From a virus (Duplodnaviria > Caudoviricetes): a stretch of DNA of 64,000 nt. The notes under the pieces were generated by a model. That model ran no database searches. It was not told the origin of the DNA and saw only the letters and a program-made list of their open reading frames with translations. This document shows, one piece after another, positions 27,143-37,445 of this stretch. The DNA lies in the IMG/VR virus record IMGVR_UViG_3300025413_001239; one strand, given 5' to 3'. A program made the translations under genes and the position numbers. Within the stretch, counting starts at the first letter, position 1, and the number at the start of each line of letters is the position of its first letter.

Positions 27143-27526
27143 TTATTCAAAATCAAGATTAACATCTTTATCGTTTTTAAGCATTTCTCTAATTGATTTA
27201 AAATCATTTTGAGAAACTTTTCCATCAACTCTTTCACTAATAGTGGCATCAACATCACCTCTATTTTTTATTATATCACTTTGTAATTTAGCTAATTCAA
27301 GTTTTATTCTAATAGCTGATTCTTTAACTTTTAGAAGACCACCTTTTTCTTTTGCAATTTTGGTTAGGTCATCAACATCCGTGGGTTCAACACTTACTGA
27401 TAATTCGTTAATTGTTTTTTGTGCATCATTGATTTGTAGACAAGCATCATTATAGGTTTCTTGCATTAGTCCTTCAAGACTATCAACACTATTAACTTTA
27501 ACTTCTTGTTTCTTTTTTCTCGGCAA
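27143..27526 (-). CDS. Hypothetical coiled-coil protein
   Basis: 127 aa with TTG start. Confidence 0.7.
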   Translation of the reverse strand: MPRKKKQEVKVNSVDSLEGLMQETYNDACLQINDAQKTINELSVSVEPTDVDDLTKIAKEKGGLLKVKESAIRIKLELAKLQSDIIKNRGDVDATISERVDGKVSQNDFKSIREMLKNDKDVNLDFE

Positions 27527-27539
27527 AATTTATATTTTT

Positions 27540-28208
27540 TTAGTTAATTATTATTTTATTACTCTTGTTTATATTACCTTCATAAATGACACCATTTATT
27601 CGCCTTGTTGTTGCCCATAGAGGTTGCAAATTAGATAGTGCATTGACAACATTGATTGGAATGGTTTTGTCAAAACTGGATACTGGTTTTATATGGTCTA
27701 TATGCCACTCACCATAATTACCCCAATTCATACCATCTGTAAATAAAGATTCTAAATGTTGCTTAAGTTCTAATGCGGAATATCCTAATAAATCAATTGT
27801 TTTACCTTCTTTAGGTCTACCTAATCTTTTTAAAGTATTATTTAAAAATAAACGCCATTTTAACGTGTATGAATTTTTATTATAGTTATAACGATATTTT
27901 TTACGTTCTTCAGTTTTTTCAATATTTTTATAATATTGAATATTATTATCGTAATATTGTCTTTTTTTCTGTTTAGATTTTAACGTTGAATTATAGATTA
28001 ATTGGTACTCTTTGTTTTTTTCACTATTAGATAATCGATAATCTTTATGATATTTAGTTATTGTATCTAAATTAGCTTCTTTATATGAGATTATGTATTT
28101 TCTGGTACACAATTTACATGTGTTTCTAAAACCGTTAGAGCAAGGTTTACATTTGGTAAACTCATCTAATCGTTTAGGTAAATTACATTTATTACATATT
28201 TTGTCCAT
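27540..28208 (-). CDS. Free-standing HNH homing endonuclease
   Basis: N-terminal CNKC...CKLC zinc motif; C-terminal WHIDHIKP...NALSNLQPLW. Confidence 0.8.
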   Translation of the reverse strand: MDKICNKCNLPKRLDEFTKCKPCSNGFRNTCKLCTRKYIISYKEANLDTITKYHKDYRLSNSEKNKEYQLIYNSTLKSKQKKRQYYDNNIQYYKNIEKTEERKKYRYNYNKNSYTLKWRLFLNNTLKRLGRPKEGKTIDLLGYSALELKQHLESLFTDGMNWGNYGEWHIDHIKPVSSFDKTIPINVVNALSNLQPLWATTRRINGVIYEGNINKSNKIIIN

Positions 28209-28333
28209 AATAATAAATATTAGTATTTTTATTATTATATTTATTTTGGAGTCACTTAATGCTTTTTTCTCACTTAAATTAGTTTCAGTTAGATAGTTTA
28301 TATATAAATACCTATTAAAGTATTTTTTATTAA

Positions 28334-29059
28334 CTATTCTTGATTCTTTATAAGGTCATAAAGGTCTTTGAATCTTTTTATAGCTAACCTAATATCTTTC
28401 GTTGATAAATTTGTGTAATTGCGCATTGTTTCCAATATGGCATTTTTATTATACTTACTACCACTATTTAATGATGTGAAGGATGTTTGCCAATTTTCAA
28501 GAATTTCTATTAATGCTTGACCAACTTTACGTTCGTTTTCGTTTAATTTTTTCTTTTGAGGTAGATTTTCATCGTTTAATTCAGCTTTAATATTATTTAC
28601 AAGTTTTTTAAAAAAAGAATCCATATCGAATTCATCTTCATCTATTACATAACTAAATTTTTCATTTTCTTCAATATCTGAAGAAATGTCTTCATAAGAA
28701 GCTGTTTGCCTCATATATTTTTCATCTTTAATAAGAAGCCCTAAAATATAGTGTTTGCAAATTGTACCATAATAAGAATAAGCCTTTTTACCTCTACCAT
28801 GTTCAAATTTATGAGCTTTGGTCATTAGAAATGAAAGGGTGTCGCCATGTAAATCTTCAAAGCTCTCACCCTTTCTATATAATTTATATTTTCTAATTAT
28901 TGATTCTATCATTTTGTCCAACGGTTCTTTGAGCCATTGGTTGTAAATTAAGTTTCTCTCTTTATCATTTGTTGAGGCTAAATAATCGTTAACAGCTTTT
29001 TCTTCATCAGGGCCAAAATAGACTTCATTTTTTCTCTTTCGTCCTCTTCTGTTAACCAT
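28334..29059 (-). CDS. Sigma-factor-like protein (T4 gp55 late-sigma-like)
   Basis: EDLHGDTLSFLMTKAHKFEHGRGKKAYSYYGTICKHYI resembles sigma region 2 (EDL...KFD..RG.KF.TY). Confidence 0.55.
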   Translation of the reverse strand: MVNRRGRKRKNEVYFGPDEEKAVNDYLASTNDKERNLIYNQWLKEPLDKMIESIIRKYKLYRKGESFEDLHGDTLSFLMTKAHKFEHGRGKKAYSYYGTICKHYILGLLIKDEKYMRQTASYEDISSDIEENEKFSYVIDEDEFDMDSFFKKLVNNIKAELNDENLPQKKKLNENERKVGQALIEILENWQTSFTSLNSGSKYNKNAILETMRNYTNLSTKDIRLAIKRFKDLYDLIKNQE

Positions 29060-29851
29060 TTAAACCGTTTGTGTTTCATATGTTATTTTTCTGTCCTTAT
29101 CAAAATAATATTCTTTTTTAGCTTGAGCTAACCACCACCTTGCTTCAGTAGGGTCCATTGTTTCTTTGTATGAAGCAAACAATGAATCAGGTCTTTGATT
29201 GACGTGCTTGTAACCAAATTTAGGGATAACCATAATCCTAACATCTTTAAATGCCATTCTTAATAAGAATTCATAAATAAAGGTTAATTTAATTGTTGAT
29301 TTAAAACCACCATATTCTTCATAAATTGACTTCTTAATTACAATACCATCAATATTAAAGTTTTGGTAAGCTAAAAGAGCGTTAAGGTCTAAAATACCTA
29401 ATTCATCAGAAAAGCTAGTGGCCCATACAGCTTCATTGGTAAAGCCATTGAACACACCCTCAGCATTAACATCAATAACAATTGGCATAAATAGGTCAAC
29501 GTTTGTATGTGCTGCTCTATATTCAACAACATTCTTAAACCAGATGTTAGCATATTCATCATCATATTCTAGGAATGAAACCCATTCAGATTTAGCATTA
29601 GCAACACCTAAGTTTACTTGGCTTGCAAAGTCTGTTTCACCATCATTTTCTACGATGGTAACTATATCTTTAATTTCAGCAAAATCATAAGCCTTTACAT
29701 AAGCACTTACTTCACTGTCTTTAGGTACAACAATTACCAATTCATCTGGTAATGTTTTTTGTAATTCAACACTCTTAACTGCATTTGCAAAAAGTGGTTT
29801 TGTGGTATCATCTAATTGATGAACTGGTAGTATAACTGAGATTTGTGTCAT
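29060..29851 (-). CDS. GT2-family (GT-A) glycosyltransferase
   Basis: ISVILPVH, acidic motif LEYDDE, FIYEFLLR. Confidence 0.75.
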   Translation of the reverse strand: MTQISVILPVHQLDDTTKPLFANAVKSVELQKTLPDELVIVVPKDSEVSAYVKAYDFAEIKDIVTIVENDGETDFASQVNLGVANAKSEWVSFLEYDDEYANIWFKNVVEYRAAHTNVDLFMPIVIDVNAEGVFNGFTNEAVWATSFSDELGILDLNALLAYQNFNIDGIVIKKSIYEEYGGFKSTIKLTFIYEFLLRMAFKDVRIMVIPKFGYKHVNQRPDSLFASYKETMDPTEARWWLAQAKKEYYFDKDRKITYETQTV

Positions 29852-29868
29852 ATTGTTTTAATTTTTAA

Positions 29869-30990
29869 TTAAGCTTCTGTGTTAGTCAATTGACCTAACA
29901 TGTTATTAAATTCTTGTTTTCTTTCATCAACTAAAGCAGCGTAAACGTTTGAAAGAATTTGTTTTTGATTTTCTGGTGTATATTGTCCAGTTGATTCTTT
30001 AATACTTTCAGTTAATTCTGTTGGTACTGAATCTTCTAACCAAACTTTCATATAGGTTGCAATTAATTCTGGGATATTAATTGTTGTATTAGTCCAAACA
30101 CCGTTATTCTTAATTGTTGGATTACCATTTTCATCTTTTCCTTCAAGCCATTCTGGAACTAGATTTGGGATTTTACCAATAATTGGTGTACCACATTCCA
30201 TTGCTTCAATTGGGAAAGTACCGAAACCAGCACTATCATCAACCCAAACAGCCAAACATGATTTGCTTAATTCATCAGCAAATTGTTGTCTTGAAAGACC
30301 TCTTAATTCCTTAAATGTAATCCACTTATAAATTGGGAATTGCAAATAGAAAGATTTAGCGATTTTAGCTGCATCACCTTGGTTTCTAGTAAGGATACTT
30401 ACAACTGGGATTTTAGGTTTATCACTAGGTTTAAAATAGGTTGGGATTGATACTGGAACTACTGAAGTTTTAAGTGCTGGGAAAATAGTTTTAAGGTAAT
30501 TAGCTTGTCTTTCACTTGTTGTAATTGCGTGTGTGAAACCATAATCACTATCCCATCTTTTACCAATTGGTAATAATTCCAAAAGATAATCATAACTTTG
30601 ACTTAAAACAACTTTTCTACATGGAAAAGCTTTAACTTGGTCCATAATAGTTGCAAATACTTCTGGTATGATAATGAAATCAGCTGGGTTAATATTAAGG
30701 TTTTGGCTTTCAATTGAAGCGTGCGGCAAAGCAGCATATTCTTCACCCAGCCAATCTGAAATACCCATACCACTTTCATCACCGATTAGTTTGTAATCAT
30801 TTTTTTCGTGTAAAATAAATGCATTATAACCTAATTCGTTAAGTAACTTAACATGTTCGTAAATGTTTGCGATACCAGCTGTTGGGTTACCCTTTGTGTC
30901 TAACGTGAAAAAATACAGACTAAAGTTTTTTGTGTCTAATTTTTCAATAATCTCATTGATTTGTTCAATTTGTTTTTTTTGTTCTTCCAT
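29869..30990 (-). CDS. GT-B (GT4-like) glycosyltransferase
   Basis: GFGTFPIEAMECGTPII. Confidence 0.75.
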   Translation of the reverse strand: MEEQKKQIEQINEIIEKLDTKNFSLYFFTLDTKGNPTAGIANIYEHVKLLNELGYNAFILHEKNDYKLIGDESGMGISDWLGEEYAALPHASIESQNLNINPADFIIIPEVFATIMDQVKAFPCRKVVLSQSYDYLLELLPIGKRWDSDYGFTHAITTSERQANYLKTIFPALKTSVVPVSIPTYFKPSDKPKIPVVSILTRNQGDAAKIAKSFYLQFPIYKWITFKELRGLSRQQFADELSKSCLAVWVDDSAGFGTFPIEAMECGTPIIGKIPNLVPEWLEGKDENGNPTIKNNGVWTNTTINIPELIATYMKVWLEDSVPTELTESIKESTGQYTPENQKQILSNVYAALVDERKQEFNNMLGQLTNTEA

Positions 30991-31013
30991 TTTTGTTTTT
31001 TGTTTGTAAAACG

Positions 31014-31364
31014 TTATTCTTTTTCTTTTATTATACCTTCTTTATAAAGTGTATTAAAAACCATTTTATATCCGAATGAAGCTTCTTGAAATGCTCTTTC
31101 GGCACCTAAAGCATCATCAGTGATTTCTTCACTATCAATAATATACTCAATAAATGTTTTAAGTAAATCATATTTAGCACCATCAATTTCTTTATTTTTA
31201 GGTGTTGTTCTTTCGTAATTTTCAACCGTTGTATTACCATCATGTGTGGTGGTTGTTTTACACTCTTTTTCAATAGATGTTTTATCCTTACCATCTGTAA
31301 GTGTAATTGCTTTATCAAAAGCCTTAAGGTCTATGTAATAGACTGAGTCTCCAAATTCAATCAT
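31014..31364 (-). CDS. Hypothetical protein
   Basis: 116-aa ORF in operon context. Confidence 0.7.
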   Translation of the reverse strand: MIEFGDSVYYIDLKAFDKAITLTDGKDKTSIEKECKTTTTHDGNTTVENYERTTPKNKEIDGAKYDLLKTFIEYIIDSEEITDDALGAERAFQEASFGYKMVFNTLYKEGIIKEKE

Positions 31365-31366
31365 AA

Positions 31367-31972
31367 TTAAATTTCTTCGTAAGTTGTTATTTTATTTGTT
31401 AAGATTCTTTCTCTTAGAGATTCATCTTTTATAAATTCTAGTATTGAATCTAATTCGTAATCGGATGGAGCATCTGAATTATAACTTGCTTTTATCTTTA
31501 CACTTATTTTACCAGATGGTTTATTTTTAAGTGCGTCTGGGTTAGCGGTAACTAAGATATCAACACCATCCCATTCCTTAGCTGAATCTTGAATAAAATT
31601 CACTTTTTCAATTCTACAACCAGTCTTAGATAAAAAAAAGAACGTTGAGGGAATACTCTTATTAGCTTCTTTACTAACAAGAATTATCTCGTGTTCTTCA
31701 TCATCTTTAATATCGGATAAGAATTGATTAAGGTGGGTCATTAATCCGTCAGATGTTTGGTCTGCGTGACCAAATATTTCTAGCGGTGCCTCTAAATACA
31801 AAAATTGATTTAATTCTGTTAAGTTTTTAAAATTAAAGTGGTCAAGCAGATTAAAGCTTGTAATATCACTTTCTTTAATTGTAGTTGGACCAATATACTT
31901 GCTATAAGTATAAACGAATTGAAATAAGAAGTCACGCAAGACTTCGTTAATTGATATTCCGATAACTGCCAT
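31367..31972 (-). CDS. NT5C/HAD-like protein with degenerate motif I
   Basis: GISINEVLRDF replaces DxDGVL; downstream pattern DILVTANP...KIKASYN. Confidence 0.5.
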   Translation of the reverse strand: MAVIGISINEVLRDFLFQFVYTYSKYIGPTTIKESDITSFNLLDHFNFKNLTELNQFLYLEAPLEIFGHADQTSDGLMTHLNQFLSDIKDDEEHEIILVSKEANKSIPSTFFFLSKTGCRIEKVNFIQDSAKEWDGVDILVTANPDALKNKPSGKISVKIKASYNSDAPSDYELDSILEFIKDESLRERILTNKITTYEEI

Positions 31973-31975
31973 AAA

Positions 31976-32869
31976 TTAAATATTTTCGATTTTTATTTTA
32001 CCGTTTAATTTTTTTTCGGTAATTATTGTGTATTTTGGATTAATCTTTATTTCATCGGTAATATTGCTAGAATTTTCGTGGATTAAAATAAAAGGTTGTT
32101 CAAAATTAGGGTTATAATATGTTTTAATGTCATCACCAAAATTATCACATTTAACTAATATTACATTTTCTTTAATTGAGTTATCGACTTCAACTAAATA
32201 CTTTTCACCAATCATTTTAGTTTTAAAGTTATAAAATTCTAAATCGTTAATTAATTTTAAAAATAAATTAGAGTTTAATATTACTTTATTAGCTTCATGA
32301 AAACATGTTTTATGTATTTGGGCTGAAATTTGGTTGATTTTTGTAATTAGAGTTTGATTCCAATCATATTGTGTATACTCTGTAACTTTATCAGTTACAT
32401 TATGTCCTAAATAATCCCAACTTGTATTCCACGCTGGCATATATAATTCTTTGATTTTATTATTTTCGGATTCAACATAAAGTTCACAAAATAATTTGAT
32501 TAGATTAGCCTCAACATCAACATCTTTATGGAAACTGTGTACATTATATGTGTGTGAATTTATACAATCATCAATTGCATATATAAATTGAAGCATTTTT
32601 TCTTCAGTGAATTCAAATCGTTCATTTATAATTAATTCACTATCAATCTTATAAAGTGTGGATATTGCTGAAAAGGTTACAGTATCAGTTAATCTATTAT
32701 TAATTCTAACATATTTATTTCTAAATAAATAAACTGCTAATTGCATAGCATTGGCTACTTTTTCTTTAAACGGTTCTTTAACATAATCAAGAAATCCAAT
32801 TTTATCCCATCTTGTTAAAACGTCTAGTGATTCATCTATTATGTAATCACTGTTTACTAATATACTCAT
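31976..32869 (-). CDS. Truncated, divergent paralog of the major capsid protein
   Basis: YTQYDWNQTLITKINQISAQIHK versus MCP YTQKDWNQTLITRVNQLSAQIHK (19/23 identical), plus collinear N-terminal similarity. Confidence 0.75.
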   Translation of the reverse strand: MSILVNSDYIIDESLDVLTRWDKIGFLDYVKEPFKEKVANAMQLAVYLFRNKYVRINNRLTDTVTFSAISTLYKIDSELIINERFEFTEEKMLQFIYAIDDCINSHTYNVHSFHKDVDVEANLIKLFCELYVESENNKIKELYMPAWNTSWDYLGHNVTDKVTEYTQYDWNQTLITKINQISAQIHKTCFHEANKVILNSNLFLKLINDLEFYNFKTKMIGEKYLVEVDNSIKENVILVKCDNFGDDIKTYYNPNFEQPFILIHENSSNITDEIKINPKYTIITEKKLNGKIKIENI

Positions 32870-32892
32870 AATTTTATAGTTTTATAGAAACC

Positions 32893-32921
32893 ATAATAAT
32901 TATAAAAAACTATAAAGTCAA
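32893..32921 (-). promoter_or_regulatory. Host-sigma promoter for the capsid paralog
   Basis: TTGACT-N17-TATTAT on the minus strand. Confidence 0.6.
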
Positions 32922-32976
32922 GTAATTATTTACTTTTTATGAAAAATTCGGATATTTATTGTTAAACGTTAAAAAT

Positions 32977-34164
32977 ATGGTACGATTTAATTGGTCATTA
33001 AAAAATGACAAAATACTAACCGAAATTTATTCTAATAATATAAATAAAATAATTGCTGAAAAATTAGGGACTAGTGTAAGCTCTATTGAAAATAGGGCAT
33101 ACCGATTAGGCCTAAAAAAAGACGTTAATTTTATTAAAAATTTTAAAAGTAATCAGCTTATAAAATTGAACAAAATAAATGGTAGGGATTTAAGTGATGA
33201 GGTCTTAAAAGGTATAGCATTAAAATATAAAACTAAGGTTGAGTTTCAGAAAAAAGATTCTTCAGCATACAATACAGCAATTAAACGAGGTATTATAAAT
33301 AATATTTGCTCACACATGTTAAACATTAGTTACAGTATACCACAGCTAATATTAAAAAATTTGATGGATAAACTATTATGTTGTGATGGAATATACAATA
33401 CAAGAAAAATAATAAAACCATATGAAATTGATTTATATTATCCAAAGTTTAATTTGGCTTTTGAATATCAAGGTAAATTATGGCACACAGAAGATTATAA
33501 TAAAAATAGGGATATTGATAAATTGAAAAGTATAAATGAAAAATTGATAAATATAATTTACATTGTTGAAAATAATCGTAAATATGAGGACGACATAAAA
33601 AATCAAATAATTAATAATTTAGATAATATAAACAAAATATGCAATACTAAATTAACTAAAGAGAATGTATTGGAGTGTATAATTGATAATATATTTGACG
33701 AGTTATATAACAAAAATGAATTAATTTTAATAGCAAAAAAATATGAATCATTTAAAGTTTTTATAAAGGAACAGAAAGATGTTTATAATAAATTAAAAAA
33801 ATTAAAATTACATATTGTTGCAACATCACATATGTTAGATAAAAAAAATAAACATAACGAGATTGAAGTGATTAAAAAATTAGAAAAATATTCAAAGATT
33901 TCAGACTTAATTAAAAATGATTATGGATTATATCAATACATTAAAAGAAATAAATTGAATGAATTATTAATAAAGTTAGAAAACAAGAATAAGCAAATTG
34001 ATTTAACTATAACTGAAATAACTGAAATTATATCAAAGTACACATATAAATGTGATTTTATTAATAATAATAAATCAATTTATTCTTATTTAAAAAAACG
34101 AAGATTAACTAATTTATTTTCCAAACTTAAAAATTGTACTGGTTTTAAAAAAATTAAAAATTAA
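32977..34164 (+). CDS. Homing-endonuclease-like protein (PD-(D/E)XK / Vsr-like domain plus repeated DNA-binding units)
   Basis: EIDLYYPKFNLAFEYQGKLWH; repeated KY..K..F.......Y units; N-terminal HTH-like segment; opposite strand to its neighbours; ATG 17 nt after ATATTTAT. Confidence 0.65.
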   Translation: MVRFNWSLKNDKILTEIYSNNINKIIAEKLGTSVSSIENRAYRLGLKKDVNFIKNFKSNQLIKLNKINGRDLSDEVLKGIALKYKTKVEFQKKDSSAYNTAIKRGIINNICSHMLNISYSIPQLILKNLMDKLLCCDGIYNTRKIIKPYEIDLYYPKFNLAFEYQGKLWHTEDYNKNRDIDKLKSINEKLINIIYIVENNRKYEDDIKNQIINNLDNINKICNTKLTKENVLECIIDNIFDELYNKNELILIAKKYESFKVFIKEQKDVYNKLKKLKLHIVATSHMLDKKNKHNEIEVIKKLEKYSKISDLIKNDYGLYQYIKRNKLNELLIKLENKNKQIDLTITEITEIISKYTYKCDFINNNKSIYSYLKKRRLTNLFSKLKNCTGFKKIKN

Positions 34165-35001
34165 GTCTTTAATTTTAGTTATTTTATTTTTTTTAGGTTC
34201 GATTCTTATAGAGGTTATTTTATTAGTATCTTGTTTTATCTCATCTTTAAAAATATTAATAAAATAACTAGTTAGTCTATGTCTTACAATTTCGTCTTCA
34301 TTAAACTCAATAATTCCTATACCAATCATTGGATTTAATTTAACTTTTTTCGCAAAATATGCTAATGAACTATTTCGTTTGTTTTTAATATCAATTTGTT
34401 CTGGGTCACCTAATAAAACAATTTTAGCGTTTTCTGATAATCTAGTAAGAATTGTTTTTAAATTATCTTTTGATATGTTTTGAACCTCATCAACAATGAC
34501 TATTGTGTTAGATAAGTCTCGGCCTCTTAATGAGCCAATTACACCAAAATTTATATATTTAGAATTAATTAAATCACCAGTATTTTTTTCGCCAATTAAT
34601 TTAACTAATGAATCAATGAAGGACATATTTTGAAAATACATCTTTTCCATGGCATCACCAGGTAATGCTGGTAACATTTCATCGTTAAGCTGGGTAATTG
34701 ACTTCAATAATAAAATACTCTCAAATTTATTATTTGATTTTAATAAATTTAAAGTTGCGGATAAAGATGTTATTGATTTACCAGTACCAGCTGGTCCAAT
34801 GCAAACAGTTACATCATTATTTTCAATTGATTTAACTAAGTCTTTTTGTGTTTTGTTTTTACACTTAAACGGACCGTGAAAGTTTATTAATTGGTTTAGG
34901 TCTGATTTAGGTGTTGTGTTTACTAAAGATTCAGATATTTCAAATGTTGAATCGTCTTTTCTTTTAGGTCTTGGTTTTCTTTCTGATGGCTTTTTATTCA
35001 T
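34114..35001 (-). CDS. phoH: PhoH-family ATPase
   Basis: GPAGTGKS, RGRDL, IVDEVQN, GDPEQID, VRH. Confidence 0.9.
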   Translation of the reverse strand: MNKKPSERKPRPKRKDDSTFEISESLVNTTPKSDLNQLINFHGPFKCKNKTQKDLVKSIENNDVTVCIGPAGTGKSITSLSATLNLLKSNNKFESILLLKSITQLNDEMLPALPGDAMEKMYFQNMSFIDSLVKLIGEKNTGDLINSKYINFGVIGSLRGRDLSNTIVIVDEVQNISKDNLKTILTRLSENAKIVLLGDPEQIDIKNKRNSSLAYFAKKVKLNPMIGIGIIEFNEDEIVRHRLTSYFINIFKDEIKQDTNKITSIRIEPKKNKITKIKDLIFNFFKTSTIFKFGK

Positions 35002-35020
35002 GCAGTTTTATTATAAATAT

Positions 35021-36592
35021 CTATATGTTTATCTTATTAAAATAATCTTTCCAATAATTATAAGTTTTATAATCATTAGGGGTACCCCAGCAAATATAGT
35101 TTTCAACTTCAAATACTTTAACTTTTAAACCAGATTTTATATTTTGATTTAACACATCATCAACGTAAAATTCATTATTTGTTCTAATATTTTCTAAATA
35201 GTTAGCTTTTAAACCATCAATAAAGTATTTTGCCTTTCTAAAAAACATTGTACCTATAATTGCATGCGTTGTTAATGGGTTATCATAGATAAATTTCTTA
35301 CATGAAACATGCTTGATACAATTATTACCATCAACGTCCAACCAAGCGTATGCATTAGGATTTGTTTTACTAGCTTGATTGTTCCTAAACGACCAAACTA
35401 TTATATCAATAGATTCATCATTAATTAACTCTAAATATTTTTTATTATCATAATACACTCCATTATCACAGGCTGAAATTTGAATAGGTGATTCTAAGTC
35501 TATATTATTTTCAATTACACCTATTTCACTCGTACATGCTTGACCTTCAGTTACTTTATCTATTGTCGTGATATTTGTGTTAGGGTAATATTCTTTTAAG
35601 ATATTATCGATACCAAATTCATCAACATGATTTTTTAAACAAACAAAAACATTATTATCACATTTTGGTATTGAATCAACCGCTTGAATAATCATTGGTT
35701 TCCCATCAACATTTATGAGTGGTTTAGGACTTTCATAACCCTCCTCCTGAAATCTTTTACCCATACCAGCCATGGGTAAAATTAAAGTGGTATTTTTTGG
35801 GTTTTTAACGTTTTCTTTTTTGTTTTTTATATTTGAAAAATAACTAGACCAAGATTTATAATTTTCCAAATCATATGGTGTACCCCATTGTAGCATATTT
35901 TCTATTAAAAAAGTTGATACACGCAGGTTATCATTTATCATTAAATTATAGACTAAACTTACATAGAATTCATTATTAACTGAATGGTTTAATTCAACTA
36001 ATTTTTTAAAGTATTTCTTAACGATTTCACCATTTTTAAAATAATATGTCCCATTAGATGCTAACTCTAACATCTTATCATTTGTGAATGGTTTTTTTTC
36101 TTGTATTTTTACAGCTTTATCACCATCCATTTTTACAAAGGCGTAATTATCAGAACCTAACATATGCGGATGAAAACCAGTATAACATGCTATGGCACCA
36201 TCTGAGTTTGAATTTCTTGTATCAGTTAAGAATTTTTCATAATCCCAATAAGTACCATAATCACAGTAACTAACAATAATCTCTTTATTGTTCTTAATAT
36301 GGTCACTTATTGATAACACAGCATCCACTGGACCTCTTCTATTTTCATTTGGTACTTGAATTATCTTACAATTTGGTGAGATTCGTTTTAGTACCAAAGC
36401 CATATTAGTTGATAGAATGTGAATTTCATTACAGATGAATATTACATCATCAGGTTTACCAAAAAGATTTACAACATGTTCAATTATCGGTAACCCATCA
36501 ACTTCAATAAGTGGCTTAGGGTCTTCATAACCAGCATCAATAAAACGTTTACCTATACCAGACATAGGTATGATTAATTGTATATTATTCAT
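35021..36592 (-). CDS. Tandem double sugar-nucleotidyltransferase-like protein
   Basis: Two domains, IPMSGIGKRF...PKPLI and LPMAGMGKRF...PKPLI, each ending WGTP. Confidence 0.85.
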   Translation of the reverse strand: MNNIQLIIPMSGIGKRFIDAGYEDPKPLIEVDGLPIIEHVVNLFGKPDDVIFICNEIHILSTNMALVLKRISPNCKIIQVPNENRRGPVDAVLSISDHIKNNKEIIVSYCDYGTYWDYEKFLTDTRNSNSDGAIACYTGFHPHMLGSDNYAFVKMDGDKAVKIQEKKPFTNDKMLELASNGTYYFKNGEIVKKYFKKLVELNHSVNNEFYVSLVYNLMINDNLRVSTFLIENMLQWGTPYDLENYKSWSSYFSNIKNKKENVKNPKNTTLILPMAGMGKRFQEEGYESPKPLINVDGKPMIIQAVDSIPKCDNNVFVCLKNHVDEFGIDNILKEYYPNTNITTIDKVTEGQACTSEIGVIENNIDLESPIQISACDNGVYYDNKKYLELINDESIDIIVWSFRNNQASKTNPNAYAWLDVDGNNCIKHVSCKKFIYDNPLTTHAIIGTMFFRKAKYFIDGLKANYLENIRTNNEFYVDDVLNQNIKSGLKVKVFEVENYICWGTPNDYKTYNYWKDYFNKINI

Positions 36593-37445
36593 TTTTATTT
36601 AAATTTTCAATTTTATTTTTTAAATTGTTAATATAATCATCATAGGTATAATGTAAATTTATATTTTTGTTTATATGTTTAAAATTATGCTCTTTGTATT
36701 GATGAAAATGGTTGTCATCTTCGTATTTAACACCTAAAATATTTTCAGAAAAAAATAAACATATCGTTCTAATACCGCTAAAAGATAATAATATATTTAA
36801 ATCACCTTTATTAATAATTTCAAAAGAGTTTAATAATTCAATTAGGTTATTATTTTCTTCACTATTATCAATGGTGTAATCTATTATATTATTTAAAATT
36901 TTTATATCATTATAAATTGAAAATGTGTCTAGCTTGTCATATTCAGCACAATATTTTATTTTTCTCTCACCTAATAAAATTATAGTTCCAGAATATTTTT
37001 TTAAAGTTTCTAAAAAAATATTTGAATATTTTTCATACATACTTTTACCGAAATATTGGTTATCTCTTAATGATAGTACTTTAGTGTGAACGGTTATAAA
37101 ATTCTTAGGCAATTCTAATTTATTAGTTATTAAATCTTCCCTTATTTTAAAAATAATTTCTTTATTGTAATCAACACATAGTTTATTTGATGATATTAAT
37201 GTATAATCTTGGTTGTTTGTTATAATTATTCGTTCATCATTAAAAATATATTTCATTATTATATAATATTTTTCTTTAAATGTGTTAATATCATAAGTGT
37301 CCCTACAATTTTTCAAGGTAATTTCACATATTGAGACATGTATTTCATCAAAAGTTTTATCGTTTAATAATTGCTTGAATATATTATCCAATTTTAATAT
37401 CTCTTCAATTCCAAATAACGTTTTTATTTTTAAAATATTATTCAT
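36585..37445 (-). CDS. Hypothetical protein (glycan island)
   Basis: 286-aa ORF overlapping its neighbours. Confidence 0.65.
   Translation of the reverse strand: MNNILKIKTLFGIEEILKLDNIFKQLLNDKTFDEIHVSICEITLKNCRDTYDINTFKEKYYIIMKYIFNDERIIITNNQDYTLISSNKLCVDYNKEIIFKIREDLITNKLELPKNFITVHTKVLSLRDNQYFGKSMYEKYSNIFLETLKKYSGTIILLGERKIKYCAEYDKLDTFSIYNDIKILNNIIDYTIDNSEENNNLIELLNSFEIINKGDLNILLSFSGIRTICLFFSENILGVKYEDDNHFHQYKEHNFKHINKNINLHYTYDDYINNLKNKIENLNKNE

Noticed and set aside
28208-28334. Orphan 5' copy of gene 27143..27526 upstream of the HNH endonuclease
   Set aside because: Only a 10-nt A-rich match (GAGAAAAAAG) with no start codon or peptide similarity; not distinguishable from chance.
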